Positions 35,601-41,837 of a DNA stretch of 64,000 bases are shown here, piece after piece. The notes beneath the pieces were generated by a model. It saw nothing but the letters and a program-made list of their open reading frames with translations, was not told the origin of the DNA and searched no databases. The stretch comes from Clostridia bacterium. Its GTDB lineage: Bacteria; Bacillota; Clostridia; Oscillospirales; JAAYXM01. Each line of letters starts with the position of its first letter. Within the stretch, counting starts at the first letter, position 1. The translations under genes were made by a program, and so were the position numbers. The stretch spans positions 615 to 64,614 of the forward strand of contig JAFYQP010000058.1 of the NCBI GenBank assembly GCA_017559855.1. The letters run 5' to 3'.

Positions 35601-35994
35601 AAATACTTCTCTGCGTTGTATCTGCATACTCAATGGCGGACTTATAGTCCTCATCACTTACAACCGCATCATATGACGCTCTATGGCAGGTGGGAATTCG
35701 TTTGAAGGTTTGCGGATCCTCCACATACTCAATACCGTATTTACACAGAATGAGTCCCCAATAAGCCTCTGCCTGAGTTTCATCACTTGCGATAATTTTC
35801 TCATAAAGGCGTTCTGCCTTGTCAAATTCGCACTTAATTCTCAAAGTATTTGCACGGTTAAAAAGATTCTGCAGATTTTCATCTCTGCTTGAGGGTACGG
35901 TTTGTGTTGTTCCGCAAAACTCGCACTCGCAGATTTTTTCATCTCCTGCAATATTCAATTCACCGCCACACATTTTACACTTAAAAAATGCCAC
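32668..35994 (-). CDS. 1108-aa multidomain TIR-domain protein: N-terminal zinc ribbon, helical region, TIR, coiled coil, 7 RCC1-like blades, coiled coil, 7 RCC1-like blades, C-terminal zinc ribbon
   Basis: Single uninterrupted ORF. GTG start at 35994 with AGGTGG 7 nt upstream. Domain assignments come from motifs read in the translation (see sub-features). No signal peptide or TM segment. Confidence 0.9.
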   Translation of the reverse strand: MAFFKCKMCGGELNIAGDEKICECEFCGTTQTVPSSRDENLQNLFNRANTLRIKCEFDKAERLYEKIIASDETQAEAYWGLILCKYGIEYVEDPQTFKRIPTCHRASYDAVVSDEDYKSAIEYADTTQRSIYESEAREIDRIQKEILALAQSEENYDVFICYKETDASGARTQDSVIANDIYHQLTNEGLKVFYAAITLEDKLGKSYEPCIFAALNSAKVMLVIGTKPEYFSAVWVKNEWSRFLKIIEKDRSKLLIPCYRDMDAYELPEEFAHLQAQDMAKIGFINDVVRGIKKVTTPETKQETVTTATQTAENANGNLTALLERGFMALEDGEWEKADDFFEKVLNFDAKFAEAYLGKLMAELHIRVREDLSKCEETFEENPNYQKVIRFGDDALKKELEGYINCIEERIKEETEKRRKEKEKREAEFRPILEKNAAKNLQSVISAGNCHTVGLKNDGTVVAVGNNDDGQCNVRNWTDMVAVSAGYHHTVGLKNDGTVVALGDNDHRQCNVRDWTDMVAVSAGYHHTVGLKNDGTVVAVGDNDHGQCDVRDWTDIVAVSAGDHHTVGLKGDGTVVAVGSNTCGECKVSSWKNIVAVSAGDCNTVGLKNDGTVVAVGDDYYGRCDVRDWIDIIAISAGSCHTVGLKNDGTVVAVGDNDDGECDVRDWTDMVAVFAGRCITVGLKNDGTVVAVGINYHGQCDVSDWQDIQIPIEAESVEELFAKRREVLKQRERELQSKKEEFYPILEKNLVMTSQNSIAVGCYHTVGLKSDGTVIATEYIGDKKSYYGQCEVSDFSDIVAVATGSCHTVGLKSDGTVVAVGNNENGQCNVSSWRDIAAFSAGNFHTVGLKFDGTVVAIGSSRNGQCEVSDWNDIAAVSAGSCHTVGLKYDGTVVSTKYIADSLDSIVSSNSGQCEVSHWKDIVAISAGYYHTVGLKSDGTVVAVGNNKSGQCNVSEWRDIVAISAGDCHTVGLKRDGTVVATKYVGYSNNYCGQCDVSHWENIVAISAGDCHTVGLKRDGTVVAAGSNYRGKSNVGAWQDIQLPIEAESVAELQEKRRELSAARAEKLRLIEQQKEQYRNAGVCQYCGGELKGLLFKKCVKCGKPKDY
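32683..32751 (-). other. C-terminal CxxC-x11-CxxC zinc-ribbon motif
   Basis: Residues 1082-1104: GVCQYCGGELKGLLFKKCVKCGK. Confidence 0.7.
32869..33726 (-). repeat. coding tandem repeat block 2: seven RCC1-like blades (38-49 aa units)
   Basis: Residues 757-1042. Units of xxHTVGLKxDGTVVAxGxNxxGQCxVSxWxDIVAxSAG. Three units carry insertions (TEYIGDKKSYYGQC, TKYIADSLDSIVSSNSGQC, TKYVGYSNNYCGQC). A 54-nt exact DNA repeat starts at 32923 and again at 33052. Confidence 0.85.
33871..34662 (-). repeat. coding tandem repeat block 1: seven 38-aa (114-bp) RCC1-like blades
   Basis: Residues 445-708. Units such as YHHTVGLKNDGTVVAVGDNDHGQCDVRDWTDMVAVSAG. A 60-nt exact DNA repeat occurs at 34387-34446 and 34501-34560. 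Confidence 0.9.
35125..35529 (-). other. TIR domain (residues ~156-290)
   Basis: YDVFICYKETD (betaA), LKVFYAAITLEDKLG (betaB/BB loop), SAKVMLVIGT, and AVWVKNEWSRF, which fits the WxxxE motif with the putative catalytic Glu239 (codon 35278-35280). Confidence 0.8.
35905..35985 (-). other. N-terminal zinc-ribbon motif
   Basis: Residues 4-30: FKCKMCGGELNIAGDEKICECEFCGTTQ (CxxC...CxCxxC). Confidence 0.7.
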
Positions 35995-36007
35995 GTTAAC
36001 CCCACCT

Positions 36008-37669
36008 TTACTTCATACTTAAAACCTTCTTTATCTTTCCGTCACTTTCGGTATCGTAGGTAATTTCCACCACGTCGCCTACGTTTAACGTTACCGCACG
36101 TTGGTCGTCACTTGCGGATATTGCGTAATAGTTTTCGCTACCTTCAAGTTTAAGATAATACACGGTGTTACCCTCGATAACCGCATCACGGATTTCAACG
36201 ATTTTACCGCTTACACCGTCTTCAATAGGTGTTACCTCTTGGGTAATGTTGTTCTGTGCTAAAAGTTTAATATAGTTTTTCTCACATTCTGCCAAAGACG
36301 CACCGGTTGCAACTACCTGATACTGCTCTACATTTACCATTGCATACATTTTTACAAGTTGTGCATTGTCCTTAAGTGCAACGAAATACGTAGGTTTTGT
36401 AGAAACGTTAAGAAGCAGCGGGAAGGTTGCTCTATAACCTAAATGCTGTACGACACCCTCCGCGGATGACATTGCAGAATACTCGGTTGCACCCGCAACG
36501 GTATAGTATTTCGTATCCTTTGTTCTCTGGTTGCAGAGGATAAAACCAACGTTTGACTGGTCACTACCTGCAGAGGTGATTCCGGTATATACGTAAACGT
36601 CATCGTTAAGTGCGATATAGTTATAGCCTGTTGTGGTGACAGTTACGTTCTTTTGTCCGAAAATAGAATTTAAAAAGCCGTTTATATAAGTGCCGTGATA
36701 ATCGTACTGTTGCATAATAAGACTTGCATTATACACGTGGTCAACCCATGTGGGTACTTCTTCAAAATACTCACACTCACCGGTTATCGCATCAACAAGT
36801 ACCGCACCGTTTATATCAACACCGCCGAAAAGGCCTATTTTCTTCACGATTCGGGGACATACCCAATAAGGCTTACCCTCTTCGTCTATTTCGAAATTTG
36901 CCTCTGCGAACATAAAGGTAGGATAATTAAATCGCAAGTGACGTTCTAACTTTCTGCCGAAATGTTCCGAGGGTGAATACTTGATACCGTCGGTAAGTCT
37001 TACAACGTCAACCTCCTGAGTTACCATATCTATAACAAGATACGCAGGAAGTCCCGCACCTCTGTTGTTAAACCACTTAATAAGGTCGCCGTATTCAAGG
37101 GGTGTTACACGAACGGGGCGGTTTTTAAAATTAATTTGAGTATAATTGTCCGCGACTTCAAACTGACTTACCATATCGGAAAGTTCGCCAAGTTTTCTAT
37201 CGCCCAAACGCTTTGCACTTTCAGAGTCAAGCATTGGAATTTTGTTGTATGAAATTTCCTTAACATCGGTTGCAAAATCGCCGTTTTCTACGGTTATAAG
37301 GTCACGGTACGCACCCGCTCTTATAACCTCCCAAGAGGTAATTCCGCCAAAGACGGTGATAATAACCGCAAGAACAAGAACTATTGCGGGAATTTTACAC
37401 TGTTTTTTAACAAAACTGCCGTACTCACTCAATCCACCTTCAAGTTTTATTCCCGACGTAACGAGAGACAGTGCCATATAAACTACCGCAAGAGTGCCGA
37501 TGAAAAAATAAAACTCGCTATCTTGCAAGTTAATTGCCGGAAGTTTTACATAAAAATACACGAAACCAAAAATCAACGTGATCACTATGTTTATAAGCAC
37601 ACGAAGAAAAGGCGTCTTAATTGTAAAACGCCCCATATCCTTTGCTTTGGAATAATCAAAACTTGCCAT
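36008..37669 (-). CDS. 553-aa membrane protein of unknown function (3 N-terminal TM helices plus a ~440-aa probably extracytoplasmic domain)
   Basis: ATG 37669 with AAGGAG 9 nt upstream. The TM helices are at about residues 22-42, 53-73 and 92-112. I recognise no enzymatic motif. The stop lies 13 nt before the TIR gene start, and the TIR RBS begins at the last base of that stop codon. Confidence 0.85.
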   Translation of the reverse strand: MASFDYSKAKDMGRFTIKTPFLRVLINIVITLIFGFVYFYVKLPAINLQDSEFYFFIGTLAVVYMALSLVTSGIKLEGGLSEYGSFVKKQCKIPAIVLVLAVIITVFGGITSWEVIRAGAYRDLITVENGDFATDVKEISYNKIPMLDSESAKRLGDRKLGELSDMVSQFEVADNYTQINFKNRPVRVTPLEYGDLIKWFNNRGAGLPAYLVIDMVTQEVDVVRLTDGIKYSPSEHFGRKLERHLRFNYPTFMFAEANFEIDEEGKPYWVCPRIVKKIGLFGGVDINGAVLVDAITGECEYFEEVPTWVDHVYNASLIMQQYDYHGTYINGFLNSIFGQKNVTVTTTGYNYIALNDDVYVYTGITSAGSDQSNVGFILCNQRTKDTKYYTVAGATEYSAMSSAEGVVQHLGYRATFPLLLNVSTKPTYFVALKDNAQLVKMYAMVNVEQYQVVATGASLAECEKNYIKLLAQNNITQEVTPIEDGVSGKIVEIRDAVIEGNTVYYLKLEGSENYYAISASDDQRAVTLNVGDVVEITYDTESDGKIKKVLSMK

Positions 37670-37693
37670 AACACATCGCTCCTTTATGGGTTT

Positions 37694-37722
37694 ATTATAC
37701 CTCTTTTGGAATTATATTACAA
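37694..37722 (-). promoter_or_regulatory. sigmaA-type promoter of the membrane-protein/TIR operon
   Basis: On the minus strand: TTGTAA, 17 nt, TATAAT, about 25 nt upstream of the start codon. Confidence 0.55.
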
Positions 37723-37729
37723 GTATTAC

Positions 37730-37758
37730 TTGCCTATTAAATCGTTCTGTGTTAGAAT
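37730..37758 (+). promoter_or_regulatory. sigmaA-type promoter of the aminotransferase-trpS unit
   Basis: TTGCCT, 17 nt, TAGAAT, with a TGt extended -10. It is divergent from the TIR-operon promoter. Confidence 0.55.
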
Positions 37759-37783
37759 GTATTAAATATAGGAGGCGTATTTT

Positions 37784-38974
37784 ATGAATCTTCAATTTTC
37801 ACACAGAATATCATCTCTTCAGCCGTCGGCTATTCGTGAAATTCTCAAGGTAACTCAGGACCCGTCCGTAATCTCCTTTGCTGCGGGCAATCCTTCTCCC
37901 GAAACTTTCCCCGTTGCCGATATGTCAAAAATCGCTGAAGATATTTTTACTAATCATTCCGCCACTGCTCTTCAGTATGGCGTAAGTGAGGGCTACGCCC
38001 CTCTTCGTGAACTTACTTTCAACCGTATTAAAACCAAATACGGCATCGGTAAGGATTTCGACGATTTAATCATTACAAGCGGCGGTCAGCAGGCAATTGA
38101 ACTTGCGACAAAACTTTTGGTAAACGAGGGCGACACCATCCTCTGCGAATCGCCTAGTTTTGTCGGTTCTCTCAATGCTTTCCGTTCATATAAGGCAAAC
38201 CTTGTCGGCGTTCCCATGGATCGTGACGGTATGGATATGAACGCTCTTGAAGAGGCACTCAAGACTCAGCCCAACGTTAAACTTATCTATACTATCCCCA
38301 CGTTCCAGAATCCATCAGGTTGCACTTTAAGCATCGAGCGTCGCCGCAGAATGCTTGAACTTGCAGAGCAGTATGACGTGCTTATTTTAGAGGACAACCC
38401 ATACTTCGAACTCCGCTACAGCGGCGAGTACGTTCCGCCCATCAAGAGTATGGACGAGAACGGTCGTGTAATTTACGCAGGTTCATATTCCAAGGTTCTC
38501 TCACCGGGTATCCGTGTAGGTTTTGCTTGTGCTCACCGTAATATTATCTCCAAGATGACCGTTTGTAAGCAGGTTTCCGACGTGCACACAAACCTTTTCT
38601 TCCAGATGCTTTGTGCAAAATATCTTGAAACCTGCGACATTGATGCACATATTGAAACAATAAGAAAACTCTACTCACACAGAATGAATGTTATGACCGA
38701 TGCTATGGATGCAGGTTTTGCAGGTCGTGCAACTTATATTAAACCCGACGGCGGTCTCTTCATTTGGTGTACACTTCCCGAAGGTAGTAACGGTATGGAC
38801 TTCTGCCGCATTTGCGGTAATATGAAGGTTGCCGCAGTGCCCGGTGCTTCCTTCTCGGTCGATGAAAGTGAGATTGTACCCACCTTCCGTCTTAACTTCT
38901 CACTTGCAGATGATGATACAATCCGCCGTGGCATTGCACTTATGTCACAGGCACTTGATGAATATTTGAAATAG
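37784..38974 (+). CDS. PLP-dependent aminotransferase, class I/II (aromatic/2-aminoadipate type)
   Basis: 396 aa. LQPSAIREILK, FAAGNPSPETFP, QNPSG and YSKVLSPGIRVGF motifs. Confidence 0.88.
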   Translation: MNLQFSHRISSLQPSAIREILKVTQDPSVISFAAGNPSPETFPVADMSKIAEDIFTNHSATALQYGVSEGYAPLRELTFNRIKTKYGIGKDFDDLIITSGGQQAIELATKLLVNEGDTILCESPSFVGSLNAFRSYKANLVGVPMDRDGMDMNALEEALKTQPNVKLIYTIPTFQNPSGCTLSIERRRRMLELAEQYDVLILEDNPYFELRYSGEYVPPIKSMDENGRVIYAGSYSKVLSPGIRVGFACAHRNIISKMTVCKQVSDVHTNLFFQMLCAKYLETCDIDAHIETIRKLYSHRMNVMTDAMDAGFAGRATYIKPDGGLFIWCTLPEGSNGMDFCRICGNMKVAAVPGASFSVDESEIVPTFRLNFSLADDDTIRRGIALMSQALDEYLK

Positions 38975-38990
38975 AAACAAGGTGTTTTAA

Positions 38991-39995
38991 ATGGATAATA
39001 ACGAAAGAAAAAAAATAGTTTTCTCCGGTGTTCAGCCCTCCGGTAGCATCTCTCTCGGCAACTACATCGGTGCACTCAGAAATTGGGTTGATATGCAGGA
39101 TATATACAACTGTCTTTACTGTGTTGTCGATATGCATGCAATTACCGTAAGACAAGATCCGAAGAAACTTCGTGAGCAGACACTGTCTCTCCTTGCACTC
39201 TATATTGCGTGCGGTCTTGATCCGGTTAAGAACATTATGTATATCCAGAGTCACGTGCCCCAGCACGCAGAACTTTCATGGATTTTAAACTGTTACACAA
39301 TGTTCGGTGAACTCTCCCGTATGACACAGTTTAAGGATAAGTCTGCAAAGCATGCCGACAACGTAAATGCAGGTCTTTTTGACTATCCCGTACTTATGGC
39401 GGCAGACATCCTTTTATACAAGACGGATTTAGTGCCCATTGGTCACGATCAAAAGCAGCACCTTGAACTTGCAAGAAACGTTGCTGAGCGTTTTAACGGC
39501 GTACACGGCAATACGTTTACCGTTCCCGAACCGTTTATTCCCAAGGTGGGCGGCAGAATTATGAGTCTTGCCGATCCGGAGAAGAAGATGTCAAAATCCG
39601 ACGAGAACCCCAATGCCATCGTGCTTCTTCTTGATAAGCCTGAAGATATCATGAAGAAATTCAAACGTGCGGTTACCGACAGTGAGGCTGTTGTTGAATA
39701 CCGTGAGGGCAAAGCGGGCATTAACAATCTTATGACTATTTACTCAATAGCAACCGGTAAAACAATGGACGAAATTGCAAACGAGTTTGCAGGTCGTGGA
39801 TATGGTGATTTCAAAGTTGCGGTTGGCGAGTCTGTTGTAGAAATGCTCCGTCCCATCCGTGAAAAGACAGAGGAACTCTTAAAAAGTCCCGACTATCTTG
39901 AATCCATTTATAAAGAAAATGCACTCCGTGCAAGTGTACTTGCCGAGCGTACTATGGAAAAAGTTCGCAAAAAGGTTGGTTTCGTTAAAAAGTAA
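38991..39995 (+). CDS. trpS: tryptophan--tRNA ligase
   Basis: 334 aa. The GVQPSGSISLGNYIGA (HIGH-like) and KMSKS motifs are present. Confidence 0.96.
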   Translation: MDNNERKKIVFSGVQPSGSISLGNYIGALRNWVDMQDIYNCLYCVVDMHAITVRQDPKKLREQTLSLLALYIACGLDPVKNIMYIQSHVPQHAELSWILNCYTMFGELSRMTQFKDKSAKHADNVNAGLFDYPVLMAADILLYKTDLVPIGHDQKQHLELARNVAERFNGVHGNTFTVPEPFIPKVGGRIMSLADPEKKMSKSDENPNAIVLLLDKPEDIMKKFKRAVTDSEAVVEYREGKAGINNLMTIYSIATGKTMDEIANEFAGRGYGDFKVAVGESVVEMLRPIREKTEELLKSPDYLESIYKENALRASVLAERTMEKVRKKVGFVKK

Positions 39996-40007
39996 GGAGT
40001 TTTGACT

Positions 40008-41102
40008 ATGCTTGTTATCGATATTAAGTTTATCCTTTTAGCACTTGCCGCTTTTGTCTTATCGTCCGTTATCTCATTTGCCGCCACTCCCCTTGTAAAG
40101 CGTCTTGCACACAAGGTAGGTGCGGTGGACGTTCCTAACGATGAAAGACGAATGCACAAGGTGCCCACTCCCCGAATGGGCGGACTTGCAATATTTCTTG
40201 CTTTTCTGTTCTCCGTCCTTCTTTTTGTTGATATAACGGTACAGTTAAGGGGTATTTTGATTGGTGCGGTTGTCATCGTTGTTTTAGGAATTGTGGACGA
40301 TATCGTCCCTCTTCCCGCACTCTTTAAATTTGCCGTACAAATCGTTGCTGCATACATAGTTGTTGCACACGGCACGGTTATTTCAACCTTCACAAACCCC
40401 AATGTTTTCAGTGCATCTCCCTTTATTGATCTCGGTAATTGGGGTATTCCGGTAACAATCTTCTGGATTGTTGCAATCACCAATGCGGTTAACCTGATTG
40501 ACGGTCTTGACGGTCTCGCCGTCGGTGTTTCTTCAATCTCCGCATTTTCGCTTTTACTTATTGCAATCGTCCTTCCGGAATACAACATTGCACTTCTTAT
40601 GGCGGCACTTGCAGGTGCGTGTATCGGCTTTATGCCATACAACCTCTCACCCGCTAAAATCTTTATGGGCGACACCGGCTCTACCTTTCTCGGTTTCCTT
40701 CTTGCGTGTGTTTCCATTCAAGGTCTTTTCAAGTTCTACGCAATTGTTTCATTTGCAGTTCCTTTCCTCATCGTGGGACTACCCCTGTTCGACACAATTT
40801 TCACTTTCAGCCGTCGAATTATGAAAGGACAGAATCCCATGAAGGCAGACCGTCTGCACGTACATCATCGTCTTGTAGACATGGGCTTTTCTCAGAAAGA
40901 AACCGTTACCATTCTCTATATAATGAGTGGCCTTTTAGGTCTTGCTGCGGTTGTTCTTGCAACAACCGGTGAATTCCGTTTCTTACTTCTCATTCTCGCC
41001 TTCTGTCTCGCATTTATTTTAGGCGGTAAGGCTTATATTGAATCGAAGAAGAGCAAAGAAGAAGCAGAAAAGAAAAAAGCAGAAGAAAAATCAGAAGAAT
41101 AA
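40008..41102 (+). CDS. glycosyltransferase family 4 polyprenyl-phosphate sugar-1-phosphate transferase (MraY/WecA/TagO-like)
   Basis: Polytopic protein. DVPNDERRMHKVPTPRMGG, NAVNLIDGLDGLA and FMGDTGS motifs, with a K/E-rich C-terminal tail. I prefer the ATG at 40008 (AAGGAG 8 nt upstream) to the TTG at 40002. Confidence 0.9.
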   Translation: MLVIDIKFILLALAAFVLSSVISFAATPLVKRLAHKVGAVDVPNDERRMHKVPTPRMGGLAIFLAFLFSVLLFVDITVQLRGILIGAVVIVVLGIVDDIVPLPALFKFAVQIVAAYIVVAHGTVISTFTNPNVFSASPFIDLGNWGIPVTIFWIVAITNAVNLIDGLDGLAVGVSSISAFSLLLIAIVLPEYNIALLMAALAGACIGFMPYNLSPAKIFMGDTGSTFLGFLLACVSIQGLFKFYAIVSFAVPFLIVGLPLFDTIFTFSRRIMKGQNPMKADRLHVHHRLVDMGFSQKETVTILYIMSGLLGLAAVVLATTGEFRFLLLILAFCLAFILGGKAYIESKKSKEEAEKKKAEEKSEE

Positions 41103-41105
41103 AAA

Positions 41106-41160
41106 AGAAAGGTGTCAAAACCGACTTCTCCCTAAGAGAAGACGCCGTTGGCACCTTTCT
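41106..41160. terminator. bidirectional terminator (long hairpin with an inner stem)
   Basis: Outer stem agaaaggtg/cacctttct and inner stem cttctc/gagaag, flanked by A6 and T5, between convergent genes. Confidence 0.6.
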
Positions 41161-41164
41161 TTTT

Positions 41165-41836
41165 CTATATTACGTAAAGCCAAATACTTAAAAATTGGAG
41201 TATACTTCCCACGAGAACAAATAGATGGAAAATGCTGTGCATATATCTGTGTTTCTTACCCATTCCATAAAGAATGGCACCGATTGTATACGCAATTCCG
41301 CCTACGAGCAAAAGCATTACTCCCGGCATTGCGACCGCTTGCAGGAAGTAGTTTGCCGCAAACACAATGCACCATCCCATACCGATATAGCATATCATTG
41401 AAAACACGGTATACTTTTTCAAATCAATTGCAGTAAAAGTTATCGCGAGTGCCGCAATGCCCCATACAACGCCAAAAAGCAACCAACCCACAGTAGGAGA
41501 TACAATTCTTATCGCACAAAGAGTTACCGGTGTGTATGAGCCGCCAATAAGAAAATATATAGTACAGTGGTCGATAATCTGAAGTACTTTTTTCGCAGTT
41601 GACGGCCTCAAACCGTGATACACGCTTGACATCGTATACAGAGCAATAAGCGATACTCCGTAAATACAACTACTTACAATTCCCCATGCATCACCATAAA
41701 GAGCAGAGGTTATAACGCAGGCAACAAGTGCTATTACGCCAAATCCACCACCCACGATGTGGGAAACCATATTGAAAATTTCCTCGCCTTTCGTGTAATC
41801 AGGCAAAGTTCTGTCCGCTAGTTTCGTTCTCTGCAA
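41165..41836 (-). CDS. hemolysin III family (PAQR) membrane protein
   Basis: 223 aa with seven TM segments. EEIFNMVSHIVGGGF, SSVYH and HLFVL are typical Hly-III motifs. Confidence 0.9.
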   Translation of the reverse strand: MQRTKLADRTLPDYTKGEEIFNMVSHIVGGGFGVIALVACVITSALYGDAWGIVSSCIYGVSLIALYTMSSVYHGLRPSTAKKVLQIIDHCTIYFLIGGSYTPVTLCAIRIVSPTVGWLLFGVVWGIAALAITFTAIDLKKYTVFSMICYIGMGWCIVFAANYFLQAVAMPGVMLLLVGGIAYTIGAILYGMGKKHRYMHSIFHLFVLVGSILQFLSIWLYVI

Positions 41837-41837
41837 G

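Noticed and set aside
32668-37669. Canonical Thoeris (ThsA/ThsB) or another named TIR defence system
   Set aside because: No SIR2/SLOG/Macro ThsA-like gene, STING, Argonaute/APAZ, CBASS or caspase-like partner is present within the window. The TIR protein is far larger than ThsB. It is therefore reported only as an uncharacterised candidate.
30232-38974. Genomic island or mobile element carrying the TIR operon
   Set aside because: There is no integrase, transposase, tRNA, flanking direct repeats or phage genes. The operon sits between spoIIR/P-loop NTPase and aminotransferase-trpS, and I saw no obvious compositional break by eye. Composition was not computed.
38975-38990. Expected T-box leader upstream of trpS
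   Set aside because: Only 16 nt separate trpS from the upstream aminotransferase. The shared 5' UTR (37759-37783) is about 25 nt. There is no room for a T-box and no specifier or T-box sequence is visible.
39908-40717. 269-aa ORF on the minus strand
   Set aside because: It is antisense to the GT4 (MraY/WecA-like) membrane protein gene, which has clear family motifs. The product is low-complexity (A/T/S/R/I-rich) and has no RBS. It also overlaps the trpS 3' end.
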